Made by a program: the position numbers and the translations under genes. A DNA stretch of 64,000 bases from Minisyncoccota bacterium. GTDB lineage: Bacteria > Patescibacteriota > Minisyncoccia > Phycocordibacterales > UBA9973. Below are positions 44,961-55,335 of this stretch, piece by piece (the stretch's first letter is position 1; each line of letters starts with the position of its first letter). The notes beneath the pieces are model-generated. The model had not been told where the DNA came from. It was given only the letters and a program-made list of their open reading frames with translations, and did no database searches. The stretch spans positions 196,917 through 260,916 of the forward strand of contig JBAZVG010000001.1 in the NCBI GenBank assembly GCA_041661005.1, read 5' to 3'.

Positions 44961-46049
44961 ATGTTTTTTACTGAGCCTATCCGTAATTTCTATAGTCGGT
45001 TTGAACGGCCAATTTCTTCCCTTTCTCTAATTTTGGGATTTATTTTTGATGTATTCACTTTAAAACGCGTAGATGCGTTTTGGGAAAATGCTTGGATTTT
45101 TGGTTACCTTGTAATAATTGGAATTTTTATAACACTCATTCATATCAAAGAAAACGAAATCGGTGGCGAGAGAAATCCCGGTAAGGCTCATTTTTGGTAT
45201 GTAAACATACTACAATTTTCCTTTGGTGGAGTTTTTTCCGCTTTTTTGATTCTATATTTTAGGAGCGCGGACATAATGGTAGCATGGCCATTTATCGCTC
45301 TTTTAGCTGCTATTTTTATTGCTAATGAATTTTTTAAAAAGCATTATATTAGGCTCAGTTTTCAGATAAGCTTCTTTTTCCTTTCAATTTATTGGTTTGC
45401 AATTTTCTTAGTGCCGGTTTTGCTTCACAAGATCAATGCGTGGATATTTTTGCTTTCCGGGCTGATCAGTCTCGTGGCGATTTCATTTTATGTTACAGTT
45501 TTATTTTATTTTACCAAGGGAAAGTTTATAAAAAGTAAAGAATTGATTGTATTACTGATCTCGAGTATTTTTATTTTAGTCAATGTGTTATATTTCACAA
45601 ACTTAATTCCGCCGATTCCACTTTCGCTCAAAGATGGTGGTATTTATCATTCTGTGCAAAAAAACAAAGAAGGAAATTACAAAGTTACCTATGAAGACTA
45701 TGGCTGGATGGGATATTTTAAATTATACCCAGATTTTAAAAAGAAAAATGGAGAACCTGTGTATGTTTTTAGCGCTATTTTTTCTCCCAAAAATCTAAAT
45801 ACTGTTATTGTCCACGAATGGCAGCATTATGATGAAATGGAGAGCAGGTGGACGACAGAGAGCATGATAAAGTTGCCTGTAATCGGCGGGCGAGATGGAG
45901 GTTTCAGGACATATTCAATGAGAACAAATGTAGCACTCGGAAAATGGCGGGTAAATGTAAAGACCGAATCCGGCCAAATCATTGGACGTCAGCGTTTCAA
46001 CATCGTGCTGGTGGATACAGATCCGACACTCACGACTGCGGTAAAATAG
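44961..46049 (+). CDS. Polytopic membrane protein with a C-terminal soluble domain, hypothetical
   Basis: ~7 TM segments followed by a ~150-aa hydrophilic domain. Confidence 0.5.
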   Translation: MFFTEPIRNFYSRFERPISSLSLILGFIFDVFTLKRVDAFWENAWIFGYLVIIGIFITLIHIKENEIGGERNPGKAHFWYVNILQFSFGGVFSAFLILYFRSADIMVAWPFIALLAAIFIANEFFKKHYIRLSFQISFFFLSIYWFAIFLVPVLLHKINAWIFLLSGLISLVAISFYVTVLFYFTKGKFIKSKELIVLLISSIFILVNVLYFTNLIPPIPLSLKDGGIYHSVQKNKEGNYKVTYEDYGWMGYFKLYPDFKKKNGEPVYVFSAIFSPKNLNTVIVHEWQHYDEMESRWTTESMIKLPVIGGRDGGFRTYSMRTNVALGKWRVNVKTESGQIIGRQRFNIVLVDTDPTLTTAVK

Positions 46050-46578
46050 AAAGGAGCTTTTCTAAACCTTGTTCATCAAAAAGAATTGTCTTTAGGTTTG
46101 GATATTTTTTAAAATCCAGATTCGCAAAATGTTTCGCTTTATCGTCAACAAAGATTACCTGCTCATCTTTATGTTTAGCGCATATTTTCTCTATTGCTTC
46201 TTTCTTACTATCTGACACTACAGTAATTTTTGAAAAAAGTGTCTCTATACGGGCTCTCTTTATTTTATCTGATTGAAATTCTCTATCGCCAAAACTTACG
46301 ATATAGCAATTCTCCCGTCCCAGTTTTTTTATTATTTTGAGTAAATCCTGGTTTATAAATTCTTCGCTATTTTTAAGTATTTTTTCATACCAATTCAAAT
46401 TTACAGAAAATTTATTTAGCAATTCTTTCAATGAAAAACCTTTTCCTTGCAGATTTTCTACATATTCTTCTACCGCTACGCGAGAAATACCAGCTTTTTC
46501 CAGAGAAGAACGCAAATGCTCTTTAAATCGCGGAGTGCTATGAAACAACACATCATCAAAATCAAAAATAAATTTCAT
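46030..46578 (-). CDS. HAD-superfamily hydrolase
   Basis: Motif I FDFDDVL (DxDx[TV]) at the N-terminus and a C-terminal FVDD motif IV. Confidence 0.6.
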   Translation of the reverse strand: MKFIFDFDDVLFHSTPRFKEHLRSSLEKAGISRVAVEEYVENLQGKGFSLKELLNKFSVNLNWYEKILKNSEEFINQDLLKIIKKLGRENCYIVSFGDREFQSDKIKRARIETLFSKITVVSDSKKEAIEKICAKHKDEQVIFVDDKAKHFANLDFKKYPNLKTILFDEQGLEKLLSILPQS

Positions 46579-46591
46579 ATTACGTAATATA

Positions 46592-47572
46592 TTACTTATA
46601 TATTATTTTCTTAATACACTCTGCTAGTTTTTGAGAATCGTGGCGGATAAATCCTCTCGTCGCTTTCATTTTTTCATCATATTGGGGCTTGAACATTACA
46701 TCAGATAAAAGTTCGGCGTGAATTACTTTGTCATTACTAAGATCATCGTTTACTAGAACTCCTTTTCCTTCTTCTAATTCATATAATTTTGTTTGCTCAG
46801 CGCTTGGTTTTTTATTGTTTACCAAGATGATGTCGACAGATTTTCCTAAATATTTTTCAATATCTTTAACATAATCGCTTACTTTCCAGCCAGAAGTGTG
46901 TTCGAGTTTATTTGTTAGATTCACAGGAAAAATTATCTTCGCTCTACTTTTTGCAATAGCTTCTTTAAAACCACGCACGATAAGGTTCGGTATGACAGAA
47001 CAATAGTAATTGCCGGGACCAAGAATAATCACATCAGCATTGATTATGGCGTCTTTTGCGTGTTTGTTTAAAGAAATATCTTTTTGATAAAACATTTTAT
47101 CTATACCATATTTCTTTACATCAGGATCATTTTGAATATTATCTTCACCTTCTATTATTTTTCCGTTTAAAAGCGACATTGAGAGCTTGGCAGGATCATG
47201 GGTAATGGGCACGACCTTTCCTTTTATTTTTAGAATTTCAGAAGCCACCTCTACTCCTTCGGCAAAATTTCCTGTGACTTTTTCTAAAGCGGCAAGGAAA
47301 ATATTACCAAAACTGTGTCCAGAGAGACCGCCATTTTCAAATCTATAACTCATGAGTTCTCGAACTACGTTGCTATGTTCGGAAAGAGCAACAAGGCACT
47401 GCCTCACGTCTCCAGGAGGTAGAACTCCGAGCTCGTCTCGCAATACTCCGGTCGAACCTCCATCATCTGCCATGGAAACAAGGGCAGTAATAGAAATATT
47501 TTCCAAATTCTTCAGCCCTGACAGAACAGTATAACTTCCAGTACCTCCGCCCACAGTGACTACATTTTTCAT
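46592..47572 (-). CDS. YvcK/CofD-family (UPF0052) gluconeogenesis factor-like protein
   Basis: VVTVGGGTGSYTVLSGLK N-terminal motif and GPG(N/S) motifs. The ORF extends to 47611 with a non-ATG start. Confidence 0.75.
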   Translation of the reverse strand: MKNVVTVGGGTGSYTVLSGLKNLENISITALVSMADDGGSTGVLRDELGVLPPGDVRQCLVALSEHSNVVRELMSYRFENGGLSGHSFGNIFLAALEKVTGNFAEGVEVASEILKIKGKVVPITHDPAKLSMSLLNGKIIEGEDNIQNDPDVKKYGIDKMFYQKDISLNKHAKDAIINADVIILGPGNYYCSVIPNLIVRGFKEAIAKSRAKIIFPVNLTNKLEHTSGWKVSDYVKDIEKYLGKSVDIILVNNKKPSAEQTKLYELEEGKGVLVNDDLSNDKVIHAELLSDVMFKPQYDEKMKATRGFIRHDSQKLAECIKKIIYK

Positions 47573-47617
47573 TCTTAAATAATAGCCTAAATTCGTTAAT
47601 TTTGCTATCATTTTGCC

Positions 47618-49459
47618 ATGTGTGGCATTGTTGGATACATAGGAAAAAGAGAAGCGTGGCCGGTCTTAGTCAAAGGATTGGAGCGGTTGGAATACCGTGG
47701 TTATGACTCCGCAGGGATCGCATTATTGGAAAATGGTGTTTTTTCAGTTTTTAAAAAGAAGGGTAGAGTTGTAGAATTGTCTAAATTTGTAAAAAATAGC
47801 CATGAACTTTCAGGTGGAGTTGGCATCGCGCATACACGTTGGGCAACGCATGGTGTGCCATCAGACAAAAATGCTCATCCGCATTTATCAAACGGTGGAG
47901 ATATTGTAATAGTTCACAATGGCATAATTGAAAATTATCTTTCTATAAAAAAAGCATTGACAGAAAAAGGATACAGATTTAAAAGTGATACTGATACAGA
48001 AGTTTTGGCGAACTTAATTGAAGACATTAAAAAAAATGCAAAAGTTGACATAACTGAGGCTGTGCGGTTGGCGTTAGCGCAAGTCGTCGGCGCTTATGCC
48101 ATATTAGTTTTATCGAAAGATGAACCTGATACCATGATTGTCGCAAAAGTAGGTAGTCCGGCTGTTATCGGCGTCGGTAAGGGTGAATTTTTTATTGCTT
48201 CGGACGCTACACCTATTGTCGAACATACAAATAAAGTTATTTATTTAGAAGACGGAGAAATTGCCATAATAAAAAACGGCAAGCTTTTCATTAAAACAGT
48301 TCAAAACAAAATAATCAAAAATCCTTATATTCATAGACTAAAAACTAAGATTGAAGAATTAGAAAAAGGAGGTTTTCCGCATTTTATGTTGAAAGAAATT
48401 TTCGAACAGCCGGAATCTTTGCGTAATACCATACGAGGCAGAATTATTTTAGAAAAAGGTAGCTTTAAATTTGGCGGACTTGAAAAATTTTCAAAAAAAT
48501 TAAAAAATTTAAATAGTTTGACTATAGTGGGGATGGGGACAGCTCGTTTTGCTGGACTTGTCGGTGAATATGCGTTTGAAGAATTGTCTGGAATTCCAAC
48601 AAAAGTGGAATACGGTTCAGAATTTACTTATCGCGATGTTGCCAAACATTCCAATGCTGGACTGTTAGCCATCTCGCAATCAGGAGAAACTGCAGACACA
48701 TTGAATGCCATAAAAAAAGCTAAAAAAGAAAAAATGCTAACTTTGGGAATTGTAAATGTTATCGGTTCAAGTATCGCGCGAGAGGTAGATGCCGGTATTT
48801 ATAATCATGTGGGCGGAGAAACGGCTGTAGCTTCTACTAAAGCATCAACATCGCAAGTTTTGCTTCAGATAATGCTGGCTATTTATCTGGGAAGAATGCG
48901 TGACCTTCCCAAATCCAAAGGTCAGGAAATTATAAAAGAAATACAAAAACTTCCAGAATTAGTCGAGCAAATTTTGAAAAACGCGAATTTGATTAAAAAA
49001 TTGGCGCAAAAATACAAAAAATATAATAATTTCTTTTTTTTGGGACGTAAATATAATGTTGCCACCGCAATGGAGGGAGCCTTAAAAATGAAAGAGTGTT
49101 CTTATATTCACACCGAAGGAACTAATTCAGCAGAACTTAAACACGGTCCTATTTCTCTGATAGATAAAAATTTCCCCTCAGTTGTTATTGTGCCGACTGA
49201 CAGTATGTATGAAAAAAATAAAAGTTCCATACAAGAGATCAAGGCTCGTGGAGGGTTGGTGATAGCTCTCACGACTTTCGGCAATAAAGATCTGGAAAAT
49301 ATCGCCGATGATGTGATCTACATTCCAGAAACTCTTGAAATGTTGACTCCAATTCTAGCTTTTATACCAATGCAACTTTTAGCTTATTATATATCAGTGG
49401 AACGCGGTAACGATGTCGACAAACCGCGCAACCTAGCAAAAAGTGTAACTGTGGAGTAA
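47618..49459 (+). CDS. glmS: Glutamine--fructose-6-phosphate aminotransferase
   Basis: MCGIVGY N-terminal nucleophile, two SIS domains, C-terminal ...VE end; 613 aa. Confidence 0.9.
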   Translation: MCGIVGYIGKREAWPVLVKGLERLEYRGYDSAGIALLENGVFSVFKKKGRVVELSKFVKNSHELSGGVGIAHTRWATHGVPSDKNAHPHLSNGGDIVIVHNGIIENYLSIKKALTEKGYRFKSDTDTEVLANLIEDIKKNAKVDITEAVRLALAQVVGAYAILVLSKDEPDTMIVAKVGSPAVIGVGKGEFFIASDATPIVEHTNKVIYLEDGEIAIIKNGKLFIKTVQNKIIKNPYIHRLKTKIEELEKGGFPHFMLKEIFEQPESLRNTIRGRIILEKGSFKFGGLEKFSKKLKNLNSLTIVGMGTARFAGLVGEYAFEELSGIPTKVEYGSEFTYRDVAKHSNAGLLAISQSGETADTLNAIKKAKKEKMLTLGIVNVIGSSIAREVDAGIYNHVGGETAVASTKASTSQVLLQIMLAIYLGRMRDLPKSKGQEIIKEIQKLPELVEQILKNANLIKKLAQKYKKYNNFFFLGRKYNVATAMEGALKMKECSYIHTEGTNSAELKHGPISLIDKNFPSVVIVPTDSMYEKNKSSIQEIKARGGLVIALTTFGNKDLENIADDVIYIPETLEMLTPILAFIPMQLLAYYISVERGNDVDKPRNLAKSVTVE

Positions 49460-49482
49460 AATTAATTTTAATATAAAAATTT

Positions 49483-50709
49483 ATGCAAAAAAACACCAAA
49501 AAAATTGAAGGAAAATTTATTAAAGCTTTAACTTTTGATTTACAAAAAGATGGCTGGGACAAAAGCCGTGGCTTTGTCATGCGTGATGTATCGATGCCAG
49601 TTTTAAATGAAAAAAGTAATCCCGAAGATTCAATTTCTGTTATCGTAAAAATACGATACGCAGGTGTCTGTGGTTCTGATAGGGGACTTTGGCATAGGAC
49701 ATCTTTTAAAGATTTAGTTCATAGTTCTCTTGAAAAAGAGGGAAAAACTATGAGGATAACCGGACATGAATTTGTGGGAGAAATTGTAGAAGCTGGCAGT
49801 ATGGTGAAAAATCTTTATTATGATAAAGATCCACAAAATAAAGCAAAAATAGAAGTCGGCGGTCTCGTGTCTGGAGATTCTCATGTCACATGCGGGCGTT
49901 GCTATCAATGCAGGATAGGTGAAGGACATGTTTGTCTAAATGAGTCAATTCTTGGGATTTCCATTGATGGTATTTTTGCGGAGTATGTAAAAATTCCAGC
50001 AAAAAATTTATGGGCAGTGGATGAAAGTCGTCTTCGTACTGAAATTGCATCTATCTATGATCCATTTGGTAATGCCGTCCATGCGACAACAAAGGTAGAT
50101 TTTCGCGGACAACGGGTGGCTATTTTTGGTTGCGGACCTATTGGATTATTTTCGATTTTGCTAGCGCGCAATTTTGGCGCGGCAAAAATTATTGCTGTAG
50201 ATATACTTCCCGAAAATTTAAAAATGGCAAAAGAGCTGGGCGCGCATGAAACTATTCTTATTCCAGAAACTAAAAAAGAAAATAATTGGGAAAGTGATAA
50301 GTCTGTGGTTGATCAAATCATGAAATTAACCTATGGCAAAGGTGTGGATGTGTCCATGGAAATGTCTGGAGCTTTTTCATCAGTAAATAATGCTATCGAT
50401 AGCACTCGTCGCGGGGGTGACGTCATATTTTTTGGAATCAAAGATGGTGATCTGGTAATACCAAAATTTTCCCGTGTTATTGTGCGAGGTTTGACCATGC
50501 ATAACATTATCGGCCGTGAAATCTTTCGCACATGGCAAATAGCGCAACGTATTTTGAATGATAAAAGTAATGGAATTCAAGATGCCATTTGGAATATAAT
50601 TCTAAAAAGTGGGAAGGGAACTATTTTATCGTTTAAAGATTTTACACCTGAAAGTTTTGAAAAAGCAATGAACGAAAATCCAAAAATTATTTTCAAAATT
50701 AACGGCTAA
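49483..50709 (+). CDS. tdh: L-threonine 3-dehydrogenase (zinc-dependent MDR family)
   Basis: GHEFVGEIVEAG and CGRCYQCRIGEGHVC zinc motifs, GCGPIGL Rossmann fold; followed by kbl. Confidence 0.75.
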   Translation: MQKNTKKIEGKFIKALTFDLQKDGWDKSRGFVMRDVSMPVLNEKSNPEDSISVIVKIRYAGVCGSDRGLWHRTSFKDLVHSSLEKEGKTMRITGHEFVGEIVEAGSMVKNLYYDKDPQNKAKIEVGGLVSGDSHVTCGRCYQCRIGEGHVCLNESILGISIDGIFAEYVKIPAKNLWAVDESRLRTEIASIYDPFGNAVHATTKVDFRGQRVAIFGCGPIGLFSILLARNFGAAKIIAVDILPENLKMAKELGAHETILIPETKKENNWESDKSVVDQIMKLTYGKGVDVSMEMSGAFSSVNNAIDSTRRGGDVIFFGIKDGDLVIPKFSRVIVRGLTMHNIIGREIFRTWQIAQRILNDKSNGIQDAIWNIILKSGKGTILSFKDFTPESFEKAMNENPKIIFKING

Positions 50710-50787
50710 AAAATACCTGTCCCGTACTAAATTTTTGAGTAAAACAAATGGTCAATATTAATAACAATTTAAAATTTTAGTACTGGG

Positions 50788-51120
50788 ATGGATATAAAAT
50801 CAAATAAAGAAAATAAAAGTTGTGCGATAAAGTTTACAGCCGAAGAAAATTGTAAAATTTTGGGCCGAGCATACCTTTATATTGTGTTCAACGATTTACA
50901 CAAAGAACCTTTTGGATTTATGGAGGACGTCTTTGTGGAGGAAAAAAATCGTGGCAAAGGCATTGGAACAAAACTTGTAAATGAAGTAATAGCCGAAGCA
51001 AAGAAACAAAATTGTTATAAAATTATCTGTACAAGTCGTTATGAAAAACCCGAAGTTCATTCATTATATAAAAAGCTTGGTTTTAAAGATCATGGTAAAG
51101 AATTTAGAATAGATTTATAA
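50788..51120 (+). CDS. GNAT-family N-acetyltransferase
   Basis: FVEEKNRGKGIGTKLV...YKKLGF match motif A/B. Confidence 0.6.
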   Translation: MDIKSNKENKSCAIKFTAEENCKILGRAYLYIVFNDLHKEPFGFMEDVFVEEKNRGKGIGTKLVNEVIAEAKKQNCYKIICTSRYEKPEVHSLYKKLGFKDHGKEFRIDL

Positions 51121-51132
51121 TAGTAAAACTAT

Positions 51133-52356
51133 ATGTATTCAAAAAAATTGATTCAAGATATTGAGAATGAGTTAAAAGCGCTTCAACAGGCCGGTAAATT
51201 TAAAGTTGAAAGGGAATTAGAGGGTGCGCAGGGTCCGGAAGTGGAAATAAATAGTAAGAAAGTTCTAATGTTTGCCTCCAATAATTACTTGGGTTTAGCA
51301 AATCATCCTGAAATAGTTAAAGCGAGCAAAGAAGCGATAGATAAATATGGTTTTGGACTTTCTTCTGTGCGTTTTATTTCTGGTACTGAAACGATACACA
51401 AAATTTTAGAAAAGAAATTGTCAGAATTTTTAGGCACAGAAGACGTCATTCTATATTCTACAAATTTTATGGCAAATTTAGGATTTTTTGCGACTATTAC
51501 CAATGAAGCTTTAGGTAGCACAGAATATATAGACGCTATTTACAGTGATGAACTAAACCATGCTAGCATTATTGATAGCTTCAAGCTTTGTAAAAAAGAA
51601 AATGTTGTGAAAAGAATTTATCCACATGGTGATTTGGTTGCATTAGAAAAAATACTTGAAGAAGATGAAACTAAAAACTACCGATTTAAAATCATTGTTA
51701 CGGATGGAGTTTTTTCGATGGAAGGATATTTAGCGCAACTACCAAAAATTGTGGAGCTTTCAAAGAAATACGAGACATTAGTCTTTGTGGATGATGCGCA
51801 TGCTATAGGGGTGCTCGGTAAAACAGGCGCAGGTACGCCAGAGCATTTCGGTCTTCACGGAAAAATTGATGTCCTCTCTGGAACTTTTGGTAAAGCGCTC
51901 GGTGGAGCAGTCGGTGGATATATCGCGGGTAAAAAAGAAATTATAGAATTACTTCGTCAAAAATCCCGCACTTATCTTTTTTCAAATTCTGTACCTCCAT
52001 CTGTAGTTATCGCTTCTATTAGGGCATTAGATTTATTAAAAGAAAAACCAGAACTTCTAAAAAAAGTTAGAGAAAATTCAGAATATTTTAGAAATGGAGT
52101 CAAGAAAATGGGTTTTAATGTTTTAGAGGGTGATCATCCGATAGTGCCAGTCATGCTCGGTGATGCTGCTAAAACTCAAGAAATGAGTAAAAAACTATTA
52201 GAAAAAGGCCTTTTTGTTGTAGGTCTTTGGTTTCCAGTTGTGCCAGAAGGTACAGCTAGACTGCGTTTTCAGCTTTCCGCCGCGCATACCCGTGAACAGA
52301 TAGATCAAGCGCTAAAAATAATGGGAGAGGTTGGTAAAGAAATGAAAATAGTATAA
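51133..52356 (+). CDS. kbl: 2-amino-3-ketobutyrate CoA ligase (glycine C-acetyltransferase)
   Basis: PLP-dependent AOS family: FASNNYLGLANHP ... DDAHA.G ... SGTFGKALGG. Confidence 0.85.
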   Translation: MYSKKLIQDIENELKALQQAGKFKVERELEGAQGPEVEINSKKVLMFASNNYLGLANHPEIVKASKEAIDKYGFGLSSVRFISGTETIHKILEKKLSEFLGTEDVILYSTNFMANLGFFATITNEALGSTEYIDAIYSDELNHASIIDSFKLCKKENVVKRIYPHGDLVALEKILEEDETKNYRFKIIVTDGVFSMEGYLAQLPKIVELSKKYETLVFVDDAHAIGVLGKTGAGTPEHFGLHGKIDVLSGTFGKALGGAVGGYIAGKKEIIELLRQKSRTYLFSNSVPPSVVIASIRALDLLKEKPELLKKVRENSEYFRNGVKKMGFNVLEGDHPIVPVMLGDAAKTQEMSKKLLEKGLFVVGLWFPVVPEGTARLRFQLSAAHTREQIDQALKIMGEVGKEMKIV

Positions 52357-52365
52357 TATGTCAGT

Positions 52366-55335
52366 ATGATTTCACGGATATATGTGATACCTAAAAACGA
52401 AGCAACCAAGGCAGATTCTTATTTGATTGACTCTAAATTATCTAAAAAAGAACTTGTAAAACTAGCTCAGACACTTACTAATCCTATTTTGGAGGATTAT
52501 TTTATAGACGAATCTCCAAGAGTTGGAAACTTTTCCCATGCAATCGAAATAGGATTTTTACCGGGGGTCACAGATAATGTCGGCCATACAGTCAAAGAAA
52601 TTGCGACAGATATGCTTCATCTAAAAAAGAATTTCAGTTTGGCGGTTTATACCTCCAAGATTTTTTTTATTAATTCACACGGCCTTGAAGACGCCCAGAA
52701 ACACTCTCTTACTTTATACAATCCGCTTATTGAAAGAGCCCTTTTTGTAGAGATAAAATCCGGAAAAATAGATTTGCCAAATAAAATACCTGAAGTTGTT
52801 TTAAGAAAAGGTGTGTCAATTTTACCTGTTTCACTTTCAGTGTCAGATGAAGAACTTATAAAAATAGGGAAAGAAGGAATACTGGACGAGACAAATTTAC
52901 GCAGGGGACCTTTAGCGCTTGATCTATCTTCAATGCAAGCTATTCAAAAATATTTTTCTTCGCTAAAAAGAAACCCGACTGATATAGAGCTCGAATCTCT
53001 AGCTCAAACTTGGTCAGAACATTGCAAGCACACTATTTTTGCAAATGAAATAGATGATATTAAAGATGGCTTGTATAAAACTTACATAAAAGGGGCGACA
53101 AATTTAATAAGAAAACAAAAGACAGAGAGAGGTCAGCAGGATTTTTGTGTTTCTGTTTTTAGTGATAATGCTGGCGGAATAATTTTTGATGAAGATTATT
53201 TAATAACACACAAAGTCGAAACCCATAACAGCCCTTCGGCTCTCGATCCATTTGGTGGAGCAATCACAGGCATAGTAGGGGTGAATCGCGACACAATCGG
53301 CTTTGGATTGGGCGCCAAACCGATAGCCAATACTTATGGATTTTGTTTTGGTAATCCGGAAGATACAAGACCGCTTTTTCGAGATAAAGAGCAGAAACAA
53401 AGAATGCTTTTACCGAAACGCATCATGGAAGGGGTGGTAAAGGGAATAAACGTCGGAGGAAACTGCTCCGGGATTCCGACTCTTTCTGGATTTATCAAAT
53501 TTGACGATAGATATAGGGGGAAACCTTTGGTTTTTGCCGGAACTGTTGGATTAATTCCAAGAAACTTATCTATCCATGGAGGGAAAAAACAACTATCGCA
53601 TGAAAAACAGGCACGAGTAGGGGATTATATAGTTATGGTTGGTGGAAGGGTAGGACTCGATGGAATACATGGAGCCACTTTTTCTTCCGTAACTATGGAT
53701 TCGACTTCTCCTGCGACAGCAGTGCAGATAGGAGATCCGATAACTCAAAAGAAACTTAGCGATAGCATCGTCAAAGAAGCGCGCGATATGAATTTATATA
53801 CTAGCATCACAGATAACGGTGCTGGTGGGCTGTCATGTTCAGTATCCGAGATGGCAAAAGAATGCGGTGGAGCAAAAGTTTTCATAGAAAAAATACCACT
53901 TAAATATCCAGGTCTTCTTCCTTGGGAAATTTGGATTTCTGAATCGCAAGAACGAATGACTTTGTCTGTTCCAAAAAATAAATGGAAAATGTTCCAAAAG
54001 TTGATGGAAAGTCGGGGGGTAGAAGCGATTGTGATTGGAGAATTCACAAATTCTGGAAAAGTTATCGTGCAATATAAAGGAAAAAAAATTATGGATATAG
54101 ATATGGAGTTTTTGCACAACGGATTGCCGAAACATTATTTAAACACTACTCCAGTGATAATCAAAAATCTTGAGCCTGCATTACCTAAAGGTCTATCACG
54201 CACAAAGGTTCTAGAAAAATTGTTAGGTGAAAAAAATATCAGCGGATTTGCTTTCATTTCCGAGCAGTATGACCACGAGGTGCAAGCATCTTCCGTGTTA
54301 AAACCGTTGTCCGGGAGGGGACGTATTAATACCGACAGTCAAATTTTTCGTCCGGTTTTGAATTCAAACAAAGGAGTTGTGTTGTCATCCTCAAGCTATC
54401 CTTCATACGGAGACATAAGCTCTTATGACATGGCATCTTGCGCGCTCGATACTGCAATTCGAAACATAATTGCATCAGGTGGTACGCTTTCACACCTTGC
54501 GATACTAGATAATTTCTGCTGGTGCTCATCAAATGATCCGAAACGGCTATACCAGCTTGTAGAGGCTGTAAAGGCTTGTCATGACACAGCTATCGGCTAC
54601 GGGACGCCGTTTATCTCTGGTAAAGACAGTATGTTCAATGATTTTAAAGGATATGATGAAAAAGGTAATCCTGTTTCTATCTCCATCCCGCCAACCCTTT
54701 TGATTTCTGCGATTAGTGTAATGCCTGATTTATATAAAACAGTTTCACCAGAATTTAAAAATAGTGGGGATATAATTTATTTACTGGGAGAAACGCATGA
54801 TGAATTAGGCGCAAGCGAATATTATAAACTTTTGGTAAAACAAGAGGGGAATAATGCAACCCACCTAGACCCGCTTCGATGCGAGGCGAGCTCGGCGAGG
54901 CTGGTAGGCAATAGTGTGCCAAAAGTTAATTTAGAAAAAAATCTAAAAACTTATTTAGCGTTAGAGAAGGCTATTCAAAAAGAACTGTTAGCTTCTTCGC
55001 TTTCTGTAACTTCCGGAGGCTTTGGAATCGCCTTAACTAAAGCATCTATTGGTGGAATGCTCGGATGTGAAATAAACATCAAAAACATGCTGGGGGGCTC
55101 AAATTTGGCCGATGTGAAGCTTTTTTCTGAAAGCCAGGGTAGGATATTGGTTTCTGTATCTCCTAAAAACACAAAGCAGTTTGAAAGAATAATGCAGGAA
55201 ATTCCTTGTGCTAAACTTGGAAAAGTAACAAAAAATGATAAGTTTGTAATTTTAGATGGTAAAGATAAAATTGTCGAAACAAATATTAAAAAATTGCACG
55301 CCATTTATCATAAATTTTCGAATTCACAACAATGA
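52366..55335 (+). CDS. purL: Phosphoribosylformylglycinamidine synthase subunit PurL with a large-type N-terminal (PurS-like) domain; glutaminase encoded separately
   Basis: RNPTDIELESLAQTWSEHCKHTIF (compare NP.DIEL.M.AQ.NSEHCRHKIF), VETHNSPSALDPFGGA, AIR-synthase-like domains; 989 aa. Carries an in-frame 45-nt element at 54860-54904. Confidence 0.85.
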   Translation: MISRIYVIPKNEATKADSYLIDSKLSKKELVKLAQTLTNPILEDYFIDESPRVGNFSHAIEIGFLPGVTDNVGHTVKEIATDMLHLKKNFSLAVYTSKIFFINSHGLEDAQKHSLTLYNPLIERALFVEIKSGKIDLPNKIPEVVLRKGVSILPVSLSVSDEELIKIGKEGILDETNLRRGPLALDLSSMQAIQKYFSSLKRNPTDIELESLAQTWSEHCKHTIFANEIDDIKDGLYKTYIKGATNLIRKQKTERGQQDFCVSVFSDNAGGIIFDEDYLITHKVETHNSPSALDPFGGAITGIVGVNRDTIGFGLGAKPIANTYGFCFGNPEDTRPLFRDKEQKQRMLLPKRIMEGVVKGINVGGNCSGIPTLSGFIKFDDRYRGKPLVFAGTVGLIPRNLSIHGGKKQLSHEKQARVGDYIVMVGGRVGLDGIHGATFSSVTMDSTSPATAVQIGDPITQKKLSDSIVKEARDMNLYTSITDNGAGGLSCSVSEMAKECGGAKVFIEKIPLKYPGLLPWEIWISESQERMTLSVPKNKWKMFQKLMESRGVEAIVIGEFTNSGKVIVQYKGKKIMDIDMEFLHNGLPKHYLNTTPVIIKNLEPALPKGLSRTKVLEKLLGEKNISGFAFISEQYDHEVQASSVLKPLSGRGRINTDSQIFRPVLNSNKGVVLSSSSYPSYGDISSYDMASCALDTAIRNIIASGGTLSHLAILDNFCWCSSNDPKRLYQLVEAVKACHDTAIGYGTPFISGKDSMFNDFKGYDEKGNPVSISIPPTLLISAISVMPDLYKTVSPEFKNSGDIIYLLGETHDELGASEYYKLLVKQEGNNATHLDPLRCEASSARLVGNSVPKVNLEKNLKTYLALEKAIQKELLASSLSVTSGGFGIALTKASIGGMLGCEINIKNMLGGSNLADVKLFSESQGRILVSVSPKNTKQFERIMQEIPCAKLGKVTKNDKFVILDGKDKIVETNIKKLHAIYHKFSNSQQ
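54860..54904 (+). repeat. 45-nt palindromic element copy inside purL (translated THLDPLRCEASSARL)
   Basis: CCCACCTAGACCCGCTTCGATGCGAGGCGAGCTCGGCGAGGCTGG. Confidence 0.75.
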
